From assembly GCA_963675295.2 (NCBI GenBank), contig CAXXKJ010000002.1, positions 960,001 to 1,024,000 on the forward strand: a DNA stretch of 64,000 nt. Reading direction: 5' to 3'. The position numbers and the translations under genes are program-made. Positions within the stretch are counted from its first letter, which is position 1. Each line of letters opens with the position of its first letter. This DNA is from a bacterium (GTDB lineage: Bacteria; Electryoneota; Electryoneia; Electryoneales; Electryoneaceae). The notes under the pieces are model-generated. The model made no database searches, had not been told where the DNA came from, and saw nothing but the letters and a program-made list of their open reading frames with translations. Below are positions 26,068 to 36,049 of the stretch, one piece after another.

Positions 26068-27312
26068 ATGAGTGGTGACAAGCACATAGCCTACCTTGAC
26101 AACGGCGACAGCACGCAGGTGTTGCCGGAGGTTGTCGATGCGATGCTGCCGTACCTGACTGAATCGTACGGCAACCCCGCCAGTCTGCACATGCTCGGCC
26201 TGGCGGCGGAGGAAGCGCTGGACGAGTCCCGCGCGACCATTGCGGAGTTGATCAACGCACGGCCGGCGGAGATCGTGTTCACCGCCAGCGCGACCGAAGC
26301 AAACAACATCGCGCTGGAGGGGTTGCGGCGGCAGCACCCGGACAGGAAGCACGTGTTGATCAGCCCGATCGAGCATGCCAGCGTGCGCAATGTCGTCAAG
26401 CGGATGGAGAAGCAGGGTCTCGTCGAACTGGACGAGCTCGAGGTGGACGACAACGGCATCGTCAGCGCGGACAGCCTGCGGGAGAAGTTGCGTGACGATA
26501 CGTTGTTCGTCTCGATCATCCACGGCAACAACGAGATCGGCACGGTTCAGGATCTGTCCGCGTTGGCGGAGTTGATTCATGAAAAGGGCGCGTTCCTGCA
26601 CGCCGACTGCGCGCAGACGCTCGGCAAGATGCCTGTCGATGTGCGCGCGCTCGGGGTCGACCTCGCCAGCTTCAACGCTCACAAGCTGCACGGTCCGAAG
26701 GGTGTCGGCGCGTTGTTTGTGCGCAAACGGCTGAAGCTGCGGCGGTTGCTCGAGGGTGGACCGCAGGAACAGAACCTGCGTCCCGGGACGGAGAATGTTC
26801 CCGCGATTGTCGGCTTCGCGAAGGCGGTGGAAATTGCGGTGCGTGACATGGACAACGTCATTCCGCAAATCCATGAGCTGACGAAACAGTTGGCGGAGCG
26901 ATTGCTGGAGATACCGCACGTACGGCTTAATGGCCCCGAGGTTGGATCGGACCAGCGTCTACCGGGTAACTTGAACGTCACCTTCAAGTACATTGAGGGC
27001 GAGGCGATTCTGATGAGCCTGAATTATGGCGGCGTGTATGTCAGCAGCGGCAGCGCGTGCTCGTCCCGCAGCCTGGTGCCGTCGCATGTGCTCACCGCCA
27101 TCGGGCTGTTGCACGAGGAAGCGCATGGCTCGATTCGCTACACGTTGTCGCGTCTCAACACGCAGGTGGATGTCGATCTCGCGGTGGAGCAAACGAAGAT
27201 CGCGGTGGAGCGCTTACGTGCGATGACGGCGTTCATTCCGGAAGAGCACAGCGAACGCGAATCGGATCACGCGAAGACGTTCTACAAGCAGAAAAAAGAG
27301 AAGCTGGATTAA
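26068..27312 (+). CDS. iscS: Cysteine desulfurase (IscS/NifS group I)
   Basis: AYLDN, YGNPAS, FTASATEANN, PLP lysine in AHKLHGPKG, catalytic SSGSACS. Confidence 0.93.
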   Translation: MSGDKHIAYLDNGDSTQVLPEVVDAMLPYLTESYGNPASLHMLGLAAEEALDESRATIAELINARPAEIVFTASATEANNIALEGLRRQHPDRKHVLISPIEHASVRNVVKRMEKQGLVELDELEVDDNGIVSADSLREKLRDDTLFVSIIHGNNEIGTVQDLSALAELIHEKGAFLHADCAQTLGKMPVDVRALGVDLASFNAHKLHGPKGVGALFVRKRLKLRRLLEGGPQEQNLRPGTENVPAIVGFAKAVEIAVRDMDNVIPQIHELTKQLAERLLEIPHVRLNGPEVGSDQRLPGNLNVTFKYIEGEAILMSLNYGGVYVSSGSACSSRSLVPSHVLTAIGLLHEEAHGSIRYTLSRLNTQVDVDLAVEQTKIAVERLRAMTAFIPEEHSERESDHAKTFYKQKKEKLD

Positions 27313-27314
27313 GG

Positions 27315-27378
27315 GCGGGCTACGGACTGCGGACTACGGTCAGTGATCAGTTACTCACGACTCATCACTCACAACTGG
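27315..27378. repeat. Short composite heptad repeat
   Basis: gggctacggactgcggactacgg then ctcacgactcatcactcacaactgg, the same modules as in 13021-13338. Confidence 0.75.
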
Positions 27379-27478
27379 AGAAGTGCCCGTGTTTGCTTGC
27401 AAACGCGGATCATCCGCGCCTGTCTGCACAGCCGTCACATGTGTCGGAACAGACGGATTTAACCCCACGGGGGGAGCT

Positions 27479-28690
27479 ATGAAGCGCCGTTGGATCAGTG
27501 TCAGTGCGATGGGACTCGTGCTGGTTGTTACCACGTTACTCACCGCCGGTTGCAACGGCGGATCGTCCTCGGATCAGGCCACAAACGGTGGAGAGGGTCT
27601 GCTCGGCGACGCGTCGATGACGTTTATCGGCGACACCACCTACAACGAGTTTCCGTCGCAATCCATCGCGCTGAATGGCAACGTCGCCGTTCTGCTCCGG
27701 GAACGTCCGGCGAACCGCAATTCGGCCAAGCCTTCGGTGCTGTATCTTCAGATGCGCGATCCGCAGAGCGAACTGCTGTGGTCCTTGCCGTTGCTGGATC
27801 CCCGTGAGAATGTGACGGACATGAAGGAAATTGACGGTCGCGGGTTGATGCTGGTCGCGAAGTTGGGTGAGAATGTGCTGGAGAGCGCGCTGATCCGTGA
27901 ATTCAGCGCCGAGGACGGATCAACGGTCAGCGAGATGGATACGCACTGGGATCCGCACTACAGCCCTTGGTCGCTGAATCCGCTGGCGAATGGCAACCTG
28001 CTGGTGCTTGGTGGCCGGATGGTTGAGGCCGGGCAGCCGTTCGAAGCATGGGGCGTGATTCTCGATGCAGACGGCAACAAGGTCGGCGAATGGGACAAGC
28101 CGGTGACCCATCTGTTCCCGACCGGCAACGGGTTCCTCGGTGTGCAACGTGTGCCGGGCGGCCGTTACCCGGACAACACCTTCTACGGCCTATCGGACAA
28201 CGGCGAGTTGATGTGGACGATCGAACGGGCGGACACGCTGATCGGTGGCGTGGTGATGGGCGCGATGACCACCACGGACGGCGACATCCTTGTTGTCGGC
28301 GACGATCGCAACACCCGTCAGCCGGTGTATGTGCGTCTCGGCACGGAAGACGGTGAGGTTCGCTGGATCAAGCGGAACCCGGAAACGCTTGGCTACACCT
28401 GCTACAACCCGATGCGGCTGGATGAGAACCGGATCTTCATTCCGTGCAGCAAGATGCAGATCGACGAAGCGAATCAGCAGCCGCCGTGGAGCTCGGTTGG
28501 TGGTCTGATTATCGACGAGAACGCCCAGATGCTGGACTCTGATCTGCTGATGGATTTCTGGATGATTCCGACCATGCCGGCGCTTGAACTCGGTCCGGGG
28601 CAGGCGTTAATGATCGGTATTGCCAATGTCGATCCGGTGACCTTCCCGCGGATCACGGACGCCGGTTGGCTGTTGGCGGAGGTGAAATAA
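27479..28690 (+). CDS. Lipoprotein, probable beta-propeller
   Basis: Lipobox TAGC; repeated GxxxW motifs (GELMW, GEVRW). Confidence 0.85.
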   Translation: MKRRWISVSAMGLVLVVTTLLTAGCNGGSSSDQATNGGEGLLGDASMTFIGDTTYNEFPSQSIALNGNVAVLLRERPANRNSAKPSVLYLQMRDPQSELLWSLPLLDPRENVTDMKEIDGRGLMLVAKLGENVLESALIREFSAEDGSTVSEMDTHWDPHYSPWSLNPLANGNLLVLGGRMVEAGQPFEAWGVILDADGNKVGEWDKPVTHLFPTGNGFLGVQRVPGGRYPDNTFYGLSDNGELMWTIERADTLIGGVVMGAMTTTDGDILVVGDDRNTRQPVYVRLGTEDGEVRWIKRNPETLGYTCYNPMRLDENRIFIPCSKMQIDEANQQPPWSSVGGLIIDENAQMLDSDLLMDFWMIPTMPALELGPGQALMIGIANVDPVTFPRITDAGWLLAEVK

Positions 28691-28716
28691 CACGACAACT
28701 TAAGGGGGATGGGGGG

Positions 28717-29925
28717 ATGAAACGCGTTCAATGGATGGTGCCAGTTGTGGCGGCGCTGTTCGTGATCATGGTGTCCTGTGCAAAGACACCGTGGCAGATG
28801 GTGCCGGAATACGATATCAACAAAAGTGATCTGCTGGATGGGGCGACGCCCCTGTTTATCGGGGAACCGTCCACGCGTGATCTGCCGGTGGCGGTGAAGC
28901 CGTCTGGTGACAATGTACTGATGGTCATGCGCAGCAGAAGTTACGAGAATGAAGATGTTTCAGCGGACTACGATCACCGTGTCCAACTGCGCGCCATGGA
29001 CGGCACATTGATGTGGTCGTACCCGGTTGAATCGGGCTGGTTGTGCCGGGACATCCTTGTTGCATCGGCTGAGCAAGTCTGGGTGCTGATCGGACGGTGG
29101 GAAGGTGAAGTCCTGCAGAACACGGCCGTTGTTCAACTCGATGCGTCAAACGGCAACCCTGTGAACCGGTTTGCCGTCCCCGGTTGGAACCTGCAGTACG
29201 ACTTGACGCAATTGTTCGCGCTGCCAGAAGATCACGTGCTGGTGTATGGCCGCCGGACGGTGGAGGCGGACAGTACATTCGAAGCCTTTGGTGTCGTTGT
29301 CGATTCCGCGGGTCAATACGTGGAAGAGTGGACGTGTGGAACATCCATGTTGCTGCCGTTGGAAGATGGATTTCTCGGCGCTACCGCCAGGATCGAGCGG
29401 TTCGATTATCCCGATCTGATGAAGGTCGATGCAAGCGGCAACACGATCTGGACCATCGAACGAGCGGATACGGTGTTCGGCGGGCAACTGAATGGTGTCA
29501 CTCCGGCGGGTGATGGCGACTTGATCGTCAGCTTCTGGGATTGGATGCAATACCGGGGAGTCGTCGCGCGGATTGGCGGTGCGGACGGCGCGGTCCGGTG
29601 GGTGAAGCCATTCGAGACTGGCTTTTTCACGCACATGTACAACCCGTTGCCGTGGAAAGACGGCCAGTTTCTTGTGCTGGGTCAGAAATCCTATTCCAGC
29701 GAGAGCGTGAGAGTGCCGTTCTGGGAATCGGTTTGTGTGGCAGTTTTCGATGGTGACGGCAACGACATCGAGGACGATGGCCGAATCGATTTCTGGGCGA
29801 TGCCGGTACGCGGAGGATTCGAGATCGGTGAGAATCAGTTGCTGTTCGCGGGGATCGGCGGTGCAGATGTCAACGAGATGGCCGAGCAGTGGGATGTTGC
29901 CTGGGTGGTTCTCGACAAGCCGTAG
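28717..29925 (+). CDS. Lipoprotein, paralog of 27479-28690
   Basis: Lipobox MVSC; shares FEAxGV, WTIERADT, GxVRWxK, YNP and DFW motifs with the upstream gene. Confidence 0.85.
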   Translation: MKRVQWMVPVVAALFVIMVSCAKTPWQMVPEYDINKSDLLDGATPLFIGEPSTRDLPVAVKPSGDNVLMVMRSRSYENEDVSADYDHRVQLRAMDGTLMWSYPVESGWLCRDILVASAEQVWVLIGRWEGEVLQNTAVVQLDASNGNPVNRFAVPGWNLQYDLTQLFALPEDHVLVYGRRTVEADSTFEAFGVVVDSAGQYVEEWTCGTSMLLPLEDGFLGATARIERFDYPDLMKVDASGNTIWTIERADTVFGGQLNGVTPAGDGDLIVSFWDWMQYRGVVARIGGADGAVRWVKPFETGFFTHMYNPLPWKDGQFLVLGQKSYSSESVRVPFWESVCVAVFDGDGNDIEDDGRIDFWAMPVRGGFEIGENQLLFAGIGGADVNEMAEQWDVAWVVLDKP

Positions 29926-30155
29926 TTGTATCGACGGTATCTTCTCAGCGTTGGCCGAGCCAACACGGGCAAAATGTTTTTGACGCTCATAGTTCATAGC
30001 CCAAAGCCCATAGCCTGTGGCCCGCTGGCCCCGGGGAGACGCCCCTCCCATCGGGGTACAGAATGCGTTACATTCTTCACAAGTGCACATTTTCCCATCT
30101 CCGTTCGGCGATGGGTTATTTTTGCCGAACGTTGCTTCCTGATTGAGGTTCACGC

Positions 30156-30812
30156 ATGGCGATCAAATACACGCAGAAGGTGATTGACGAGTTCACGAAC
30201 CCGGAAAACGTGGGTGAACTGGACGACGCGAACGCAGTCGCGACGGAAGGCTCTCCGGCGTGCGGCGATATGATCACGTACAACATGATCATTGACCCGG
30301 AAACGAAGATCATCCAAGACATCAAGTTCCGTTCCTACGGCTGCGCGTCGAATATCGCCACAGCATCGATGGCGTCCAAGATGGCCAAGGGCAAGACGGT
30401 TGACGAGATCAAGAAGCTGCGTGCAAAGTCGGTCACCGAGGAGCTGGAAGGTTTGCCTGCGGTGAAGATTCACTGCAGCGTGCTCGCGATTAACGGCCTC
30501 AAGTCCGCGATCCGCAAGTGGGAAGAGGACAACGGCTTCGTTGATCCGCAGGAACCGCTGGTCACCGAGGAGTTGGTGCATGAGTCTCTGCGGGATGTGA
30601 TCAACCCGGAAACCGGCCTGTCGCTGGTGAAGATGAACATGGTCCGTCACATCGAGGTCGATGAGAACAAGGTGTTCGTCGAGATTCTCGTCGGAGAAAC
30701 GGACGAAATGTTCTACGAAAACATCGCCGAGGAAACGCGTGAACACCTGGAAGCGTTGCCGGGCGTGGTCGATGCGACGGTGAAGCTGACCGAAGTCCCG
30801 GTTGGGAAGTAG
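30156..30812 (+). CDS. iscU: Fe-S scaffold IscU/NifU-N fused to a DUF59 (FeS_assembly_P/MIP18)-like domain
   Basis: FTNPENVG, GSPACGD, YGCASNIA, KIHCSVLA; C-terminal VTEELVHESLRDVINPETGLSLVKMNMV. Confidence 0.88.
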   Translation: MAIKYTQKVIDEFTNPENVGELDDANAVATEGSPACGDMITYNMIIDPETKIIQDIKFRSYGCASNIATASMASKMAKGKTVDEIKKLRAKSVTEELEGLPAVKIHCSVLAINGLKSAIRKWEEDNGFVDPQEPLVTEELVHESLRDVINPETGLSLVKMNMVRHIEVDENKVFVEILVGETDEMFYENIAEETREHLEALPGVVDATVKLTEVPVGK

Positions 30813-30817
30813 GTTCG

Positions 30818-30842
30818 CTCACAACTCATCACTCACAACTCA
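30818..30842. repeat. Heptad repeat (CTCACAA/CTCATCA)
   Basis: ctcacaactcatcactcacaactca between the two iscU-like genes. Confidence 0.7.
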
Positions 30843-30857
30843 GACCTGGTTTTTGTC

Positions 30858-31217
30858 ATGAGCCTTTCCCCCACCTACCTCGAGCATTTTCAGGCGCCGA
30901 AGAACATCGGCGACCTCGAAGAACCGCGTAAGCTGGCGGAAGTCGCGCATCAGGGTGGCGGCTGCCATGACCGTCTGCGGGTGACGCTGCGCATCGTGGA
31001 CGGCGTGGTCGAGGACGCGATGTGGCGTGCGCGGGCGTGCTCGGGCACGGTCGCCGCGGCGTCCGCCGCGACGGAATGGGCGAAGGGGAAGACGGTTGCC
31101 GAAGTGCAGGCTGTCACCCCGGAAACGCTGATCGAAGCCCTCGATGGCATCCCCGAAAAGAAACGTCACTCGGTCGAACTCGCGGCCAAGGCTCTGCGTG
31201 AGGCTGTCGCCGGGTAG
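30858..31217 (+). CDS. Second IscU/NifU-N-like protein
   Basis: EHFQAPKNIG, GGGCHD, RACSGTVAAAS, KKRHSVELA. Confidence 0.85.
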   Translation: MSLSPTYLEHFQAPKNIGDLEEPRKLAEVAHQGGGCHDRLRVTLRIVDGVVEDAMWRARACSGTVAAASAATEWAKGKTVAEVQAVTPETLIEALDGIPEKKRHSVELAAKALREAVAG

Positions 31218-31431
31218 CTCTCCTGAGTGCCTCCACTCAACGCGAAATTCCCCGAATCTGTCCTCATGGACTACTGTTATTTCAAGAACTAGCAACCCCG
31301 CCAGCCGGGCTCCGATTTCATAATTCTTCTACTCCTGATCGCCAAATCCTGCCACTTTCATCATTTCCACTGCTTATTTTTTCGTATCTTGTTCGCACGT
31401 GGAGAGGTAAAACAGAGGTAGTGGAGGATAT

Positions 31432-32946
31432 ATGCGCAGGCAGTTGAGTTCGATTTTCGTGTTGTTTGGTGTTTTACTGTTGCTGGGTTCGGCGCAGGCA
31501 CAGAATCCGCAGATGCTTTGGACCATGTCCCTGCCGCAGACGTTTAACAGCTATCCGGCCGATGTGGCTCCGACGCTGAATGGCGAGATGATCGTCGGCT
31601 TGAACTTCAAGAGCGGTCCACAGAATGGGTACCTCGAGGCTCAGGCGGTGGCGCGGCTGAACGGTGCCGGGGCGCTTGAGTGGGTCCGATACCCGGTGTT
31701 CGGTGAGAATCAGAAGAATTTCATTCATGATATCGCCGTTGACGATCTCGGCGGTGTCTGGGTTGTCGGTCGTGAAGACAATCCGAACGGTTGGGATTCT
31801 CCGTACATCCTGAAGCTGAATGGGAATGGCCTGGAAACCTGGCGCCGTCAGTTCCCGCCATACACGAACCCGTCCATCAACCGCGTGTTGCCGCTCAATG
31901 ACGGCACTGCGATCATCATAGGCAATTCGTTGACGGAAAATGAGGATCAGGACGGCATCGCCGTGCGAGTTGGCAACAACGGGGCGCTGATCTGGATGCA
32001 CCAGTTCGGTGGCTTGACGGACGATGTTCTGATGGACGGGATTCCATACGAAGACGGTTTCCTGTTTGCCGGTGGCCGCAACCGTGTGGGGCAGTATTAC
32101 GATTTGTATTTCGTACACACGACACAGACTGGCGGCGTGATTTGGGAACAGCAGCTCAGCGACGCCGACCTGTTTTCGCTGAAAGGCATTGTGCCGCTTC
32201 CGAATGGCGGATTTGCCACGCTGGTGTCGGTGCTGGACGTGCTGTGGTTGCAGTGGTTCTACTCGGATGGCAGTCCACAGGGCGATTTGCAGCTGAATCT
32301 CTACTTTGCGGATTCCAAGTTCACGTCGAGTCCGTTCCAGGTGATGCCGGACGGCGGCTTCCTGGTTGGCGGCAAGAACGACCAGGGCGACGCGGTTCTG
32401 CTGCGCACGGATGCTTCCGGCGCTACGGTGTGGGAAGAGGTCTACTCGCACGACGATCCGGAAGGAACCCAGGCGATCAGTGCTGTTGAACTCCTTGCGG
32501 ATGGTCAGATCCAGTTCGCCGGCGTCAAGAACCTGGAAACGGAATCCGCGTGGTTCACCCAGCTCGCGCCGGAAGGAACACAGGTCGCGTCCATGCCGCG
32601 TGTGCTGGACCCGTTCATGGCAGACAACAACATGCTGGCCAGCGATGGCGGATCGTTCACGTCGGTGAACGCGCAGCCGTCCGGGTTCGCGCTTGAGCCG
32701 GTGTATCCAAACCCGTTCAACGCGGCGACGACCGTAAGCGTCAACCTGCCGGAAGCGGCGGAGCTGAACGTCGCGGTATTCAACGTTGCCGGGCAGCGGG
32801 TCGCGGAGCTGGCGAACGGGACCTACAGCGCCGGGACTCAGCGGCTGGTGTTTGATGCGACGGGGCTGTCTTCTGGTGTGTACTTCGTGCATGCGAAGGT
32901 GCCGGGTGAATTTGACCAGGTGCAAAAAGTGATGCTGGTGCGTTAA
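31432..32946 (+). CDS. Secreted beta-propeller-like protein with T9SS/FlgD-like C-terminal sorting domain
   Basis: Signal peptide AQA|Q; GxxxW repeats; YPNPFNA...SSGVYFV...KVMLVR. Confidence 0.88.
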   Translation: MRRQLSSIFVLFGVLLLLGSAQAQNPQMLWTMSLPQTFNSYPADVAPTLNGEMIVGLNFKSGPQNGYLEAQAVARLNGAGALEWVRYPVFGENQKNFIHDIAVDDLGGVWVVGREDNPNGWDSPYILKLNGNGLETWRRQFPPYTNPSINRVLPLNDGTAIIIGNSLTENEDQDGIAVRVGNNGALIWMHQFGGLTDDVLMDGIPYEDGFLFAGGRNRVGQYYDLYFVHTTQTGGVIWEQQLSDADLFSLKGIVPLPNGGFATLVSVLDVLWLQWFYSDGSPQGDLQLNLYFADSKFTSSPFQVMPDGGFLVGGKNDQGDAVLLRTDASGATVWEEVYSHDDPEGTQAISAVELLADGQIQFAGVKNLETESAWFTQLAPEGTQVASMPRVLDPFMADNNMLASDGGSFTSVNAQPSGFALEPVYPNPFNAATTVSVNLPEAAELNVAVFNVAGQRVAELANGTYSAGTQRLVFDATGLSSGVYFVHAKVPGEFDQVQKVMLVR

Positions 32947-32973
32947 TCTGGATGAATGCGGAGAAACAAATTC

Positions 32974-33002
32974 AAGCCGGTCTGCATGGACCGGCTTTTT
33001 TG
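32974..33002 (+). terminator. Intrinsic terminator
   Basis: aagccggtc-tgcatg-gaccggctt followed by a T-run. Confidence 0.85.
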
Positions 33003-33115
33003 CTCTCGAGCTGAATGATTAAAAAACATGGATTAGTATAGCCTTTCAGATGCACTTGTCGACCAGACTGGGTATATTACCTTGATTGAACTTGGATGGT
33101 ATCACATCTGGGGGA

Positions 33116-34339
33116 ATGATGAATACGTTCCTACGATTTTCCTTTGCGATTGTCCTCATTTTGATGGTCGCAGCTTCAGTGCCCGCACAACCTCCGCAGA
33201 TTATCTGGCAGATGGCGACCAACCTTGGCACGGACAACGATCCTGCAGGGTTGAAAGAAACACCCGATGGCGGATTCGTTTTCGGGCTGACGTGGCAACC
33301 ACAAGATACTTACTGGCGAGCAGCTTCGGTTATAAAGCTCACAGGGGATGGCGACACCGTCTGGCAGGAACGGATTGAACCGAATTTACACGGCGGCAAC
33401 TACATCTATGACATTGACCTAGATAGCCACGGTCGGATCTGGGTTTGTTCACTGGTTTCGCGTGGGTATTACGGCAAACATCCGGTGATTACCAGCCTGG
33501 AATCCGATGGGACACTTCATGGCCAGCGTATTTTCACGAACCACAGTCGTCCACGTTTAATGAGTATCCGCGCAGGTGCAGCATCCACAGTGGCTTTACC
33601 GGGTAACTATTCGTACGGACGGGGAATCACAGGAATTGTAAACGATCAGATCGAAACCGTTTGGCTTCAGATTTGGGACGAAGCGCATGATATAAGCTTT
33701 TTCGCTGTTATACCGTATCAGAACGGGTATTTATACGGTGGATGGTACGATATTAACTATATTTACACGCCCGATTCCACTGTGTTCGTGCAAACTGACG
33801 TGTCAGGCAATGTATTGATGTCAGATTTTTCCCAGCAGCCGTATAACACGAAGCTTCAAAGCATGACCGATCTTGGACCAGATGGATTCGCTGCTGTGTC
33901 TGTAAAAGAGGATTCTGATCAGTTGGTATTATCCTGGTATTCACAGGACGCACAATACCAATCACATGTGGACTTGGATCTTTACCGGCACCCTCAAGCA
34001 CTGTTTGAACCCGGGGATTATGTACTTGGGGCATTCTGTAACATGTCGGATGGTGGGTACCTGATAGGTGGGAGGTCCGATGATAATCGTGCTCAGCTTT
34101 TGCGTCTTGATGGATCAGGCGATGAGCTATGGCGTTACACGATGCCACAACATAGCGATTTCTTTGGGAGCACGGTGGAAGAAGTACTGCTATTGAGTAA
34201 TGGCCGTATTCAGATAATCGGCAGCCTGTACAACTGGAGCAATGCCACTTTCCTGATCCAGCTTGCCGCGGAGGGAGAGACAATCCCGGAGACAGACGTG
34301 AAGCATAAGGTCTTGGTCATTCATGAACGTTTGGATTGA
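33116..34339 (+). CDS. Secreted paralog of 31432-32946 lacking the sorting domain
   Basis: Signal peptide; shared PQxxW, IxDIxxD, IPYxxGxLxxG, MxDGGxLxGG and QLAxEG motifs; visibly AT-richer DNA. Confidence 0.82.
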   Translation: MMNTFLRFSFAIVLILMVAASVPAQPPQIIWQMATNLGTDNDPAGLKETPDGGFVFGLTWQPQDTYWRAASVIKLTGDGDTVWQERIEPNLHGGNYIYDIDLDSHGRIWVCSLVSRGYYGKHPVITSLESDGTLHGQRIFTNHSRPRLMSIRAGAASTVALPGNYSYGRGITGIVNDQIETVWLQIWDEAHDISFFAVIPYQNGYLYGGWYDINYIYTPDSTVFVQTDVSGNVLMSDFSQQPYNTKLQSMTDLGPDGFAAVSVKEDSDQLVLSWYSQDAQYQSHVDLDLYRHPQALFEPGDYVLGAFCNMSDGGYLIGGRSDDNRAQLLRLDGSGDELWRYTMPQHSDFFGSTVEEVLLLSNGRIQIIGSLYNWSNATFLIQLAAEGETIPETDVKHKVLVIHERLD

Positions 34340-34464
34340 GCGAATGATTGCCAGATTCTGTATCTATGGGGCGTATCCGGGAGGATACGTCCCATTCTCA
34401 TGGAACTAAAATCTTCGTTGTACGCGTTGTATCTTCCGGCGGTTTTGGATGAGCGACAGGCAGG

Positions 34465-35142
34465 GTGAACGTGCAGCAGATCATTACGATAGACGGCCCG
34501 GCGGGATCGGGCAAATCGACAACCGCGCGTCTGGTTGCGAACGCGCTCGGGTGGCAGTATCTCGACACCGGCGCGATGTACCGTGCGATCGGGCTGGCGA
34601 TGGTGCGTGCGGGGATCGATCCGACGGACGAGGCAGCGGTGTGCGCAAATCTGGACCGGCACACAGTCGATCTCGGCCCCGGTGATCCGCCGGTGACGCT
34701 GCTGAATGGCGAGGACGTGTCCAGCTTCATCCGCACGCCGGAAGCGGCGCAGGCGTCGAGCCAGGTCGCGGCGATCGGATGTGTGCGGGAGAAACTGGTC
34801 GCGGCGCAACAGCGGATCGGTGCGGAGCGGCCGTGTGTGCTGGAGGGACGCGATACCGGCACAGTTGTCTTTCCGGATGCCGGCCTGAAGATATACCTTG
34901 ATGCACCGGTGCGGATGCGTGCGGAACGGCGGTTGAAGGATCTCGGCGACAACCCAGGGATGTCGCTGGACGAGATGATCCGTGAAGTGGAAGTTCGTGA
35001 CGAACGCGACCGCAACCGGTCGGTCAGCCCGTTGGGCATGGCGTCGGATGCGATCGTTGTCGATACCGGCGGCTTGATGGTCGAGCAGCAGGTGGATCGG
35101 GTACTCGAGTTGGCGCGGTCACGGTTTGGACTGAACTCATGA
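34465..35142 (+). CDS. cmk: Cytidylate kinase
   Basis: ITIDGPAGSGKST, YLDTGAMYRA, EGRDTGTVVFPDA. Confidence 0.96.
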   Translation: MNVQQIITIDGPAGSGKSTTARLVANALGWQYLDTGAMYRAIGLAMVRAGIDPTDEAAVCANLDRHTVDLGPGDPPVTLLNGEDVSSFIRTPEAAQASSQVAAIGCVREKLVAAQQRIGAERPCVLEGRDTGTVVFPDAGLKIYLDAPVRMRAERRLKDLGDNPGMSLDEMIREVEVRDERDRNRSVSPLGMASDAIVVDTGGLMVEQQVDRVLELARSRFGLNS

Positions 35143-35843
35143 GCGAAGACGGATTCAAGACGAAGCTGGTACGTGCGATCAGCCGTGCCGATCACTGGAT
35201 TGGCCCGCGCGTATCTCGCAGGCCGATGCGGTTCGGTTTTTGGTTCGTTGGCTCGTTTGTACGTATGCTCTTTCGCATCGTTTTTGGCATGCGGATTCTG
35301 GAGATCGGTAACGTGCCACGTACAGGCCGGTTGCTGATTGTCGCGAATCACACCTCGAATCTAGATCCGCCGTTGATTGGTTGCACCGTTCCCCGGGAGA
35401 TTCATTTTGCGGCGAAGATTCAGCTATTCAAAGGTGTGCTCGGGAAGCTGATTTCGTACCTGAATGCGATGCCGATCCGTCGCACCGGCTCCGACAAGGA
35501 CGCGATCAAGCGGCTGGTCGGTGTGCTTCGGAACGAGGGCGCATTGCTGATGTTCCCGGAGGGTACGCGTCAGAAGGAAGGCAGCAGCGGCGAGGCGAAG
35601 GCCGGGCCGGGAATGGTTGCGACGTTGGGCAAGGCAGACGTGCTCCCGATCAAACTCAGCGGCACCAACAAGCCGAAGCACGCGTTTTTCCATCGTGGCA
35701 CGATGACAATCCGGTATGGTGAGGTGATTCCGTTCGACGAGATCACCGCCGCCGCAAAGGAGTTGGCCGGTCCGGACGCCGGTAAGAAGGAGATTTACCA
35801 GGCGATTTCGGACGTCGCAATGGAGCGTGTCCGGGCGATGTGA
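35139..35843 (+). CDS. plsC: 1-acyl-sn-glycerol-3-phosphate acyltransferase
   Basis: NHTSNLD (HX4D) and FPEGTR motifs; cmk-plsC-rpsA synteny. Confidence 0.92.
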   Translation: MSEDGFKTKLVRAISRADHWIGPRVSRRPMRFGFWFVGSFVRMLFRIVFGMRILEIGNVPRTGRLLIVANHTSNLDPPLIGCTVPREIHFAAKIQLFKGVLGKLISYLNAMPIRRTGSDKDAIKRLVGVLRNEGALLMFPEGTRQKEGSSGEAKAGPGMVATLGKADVLPIKLSGTNKPKHAFFHRGTMTIRYGEVIPFDEITAAAKELAGPDAGKKEIYQAISDVAMERVRAM

Positions 35844-36023
35844 TGTCCCGGAAATTGTCCGGGTTTCCCCGAGCCAGCAGTCCTCTCCGGAGTTGCATTC
35901 TGACCCCCATTCGAGGCTATTTTTCGGCTCTTGAAATCCGCCGGAAGTCGCGGCGGTTTTTCATGCGGTCCCTGCGTCGGGATCGTGCGGAAATACCAAT
36001 CGATGAGAATGATCTGGATCGTA

Positions 36024-36049
36024 TTACCACGGACTTAAGTCCGTGGTAA
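36024..36049. repeat. 26-bp perfect palindrome, copy 3
   Basis: TTACCACGGACTTAAGTCCGTGGTAA, identical to 10551 and 13251. Confidence 0.9.

Noticed and set aside
10551-36049. 26-bp palindromes or the 70-nt motif as CRISPR repeats
   Set aside because: No regular repeat-spacer periodicity and no cas genes in the window.
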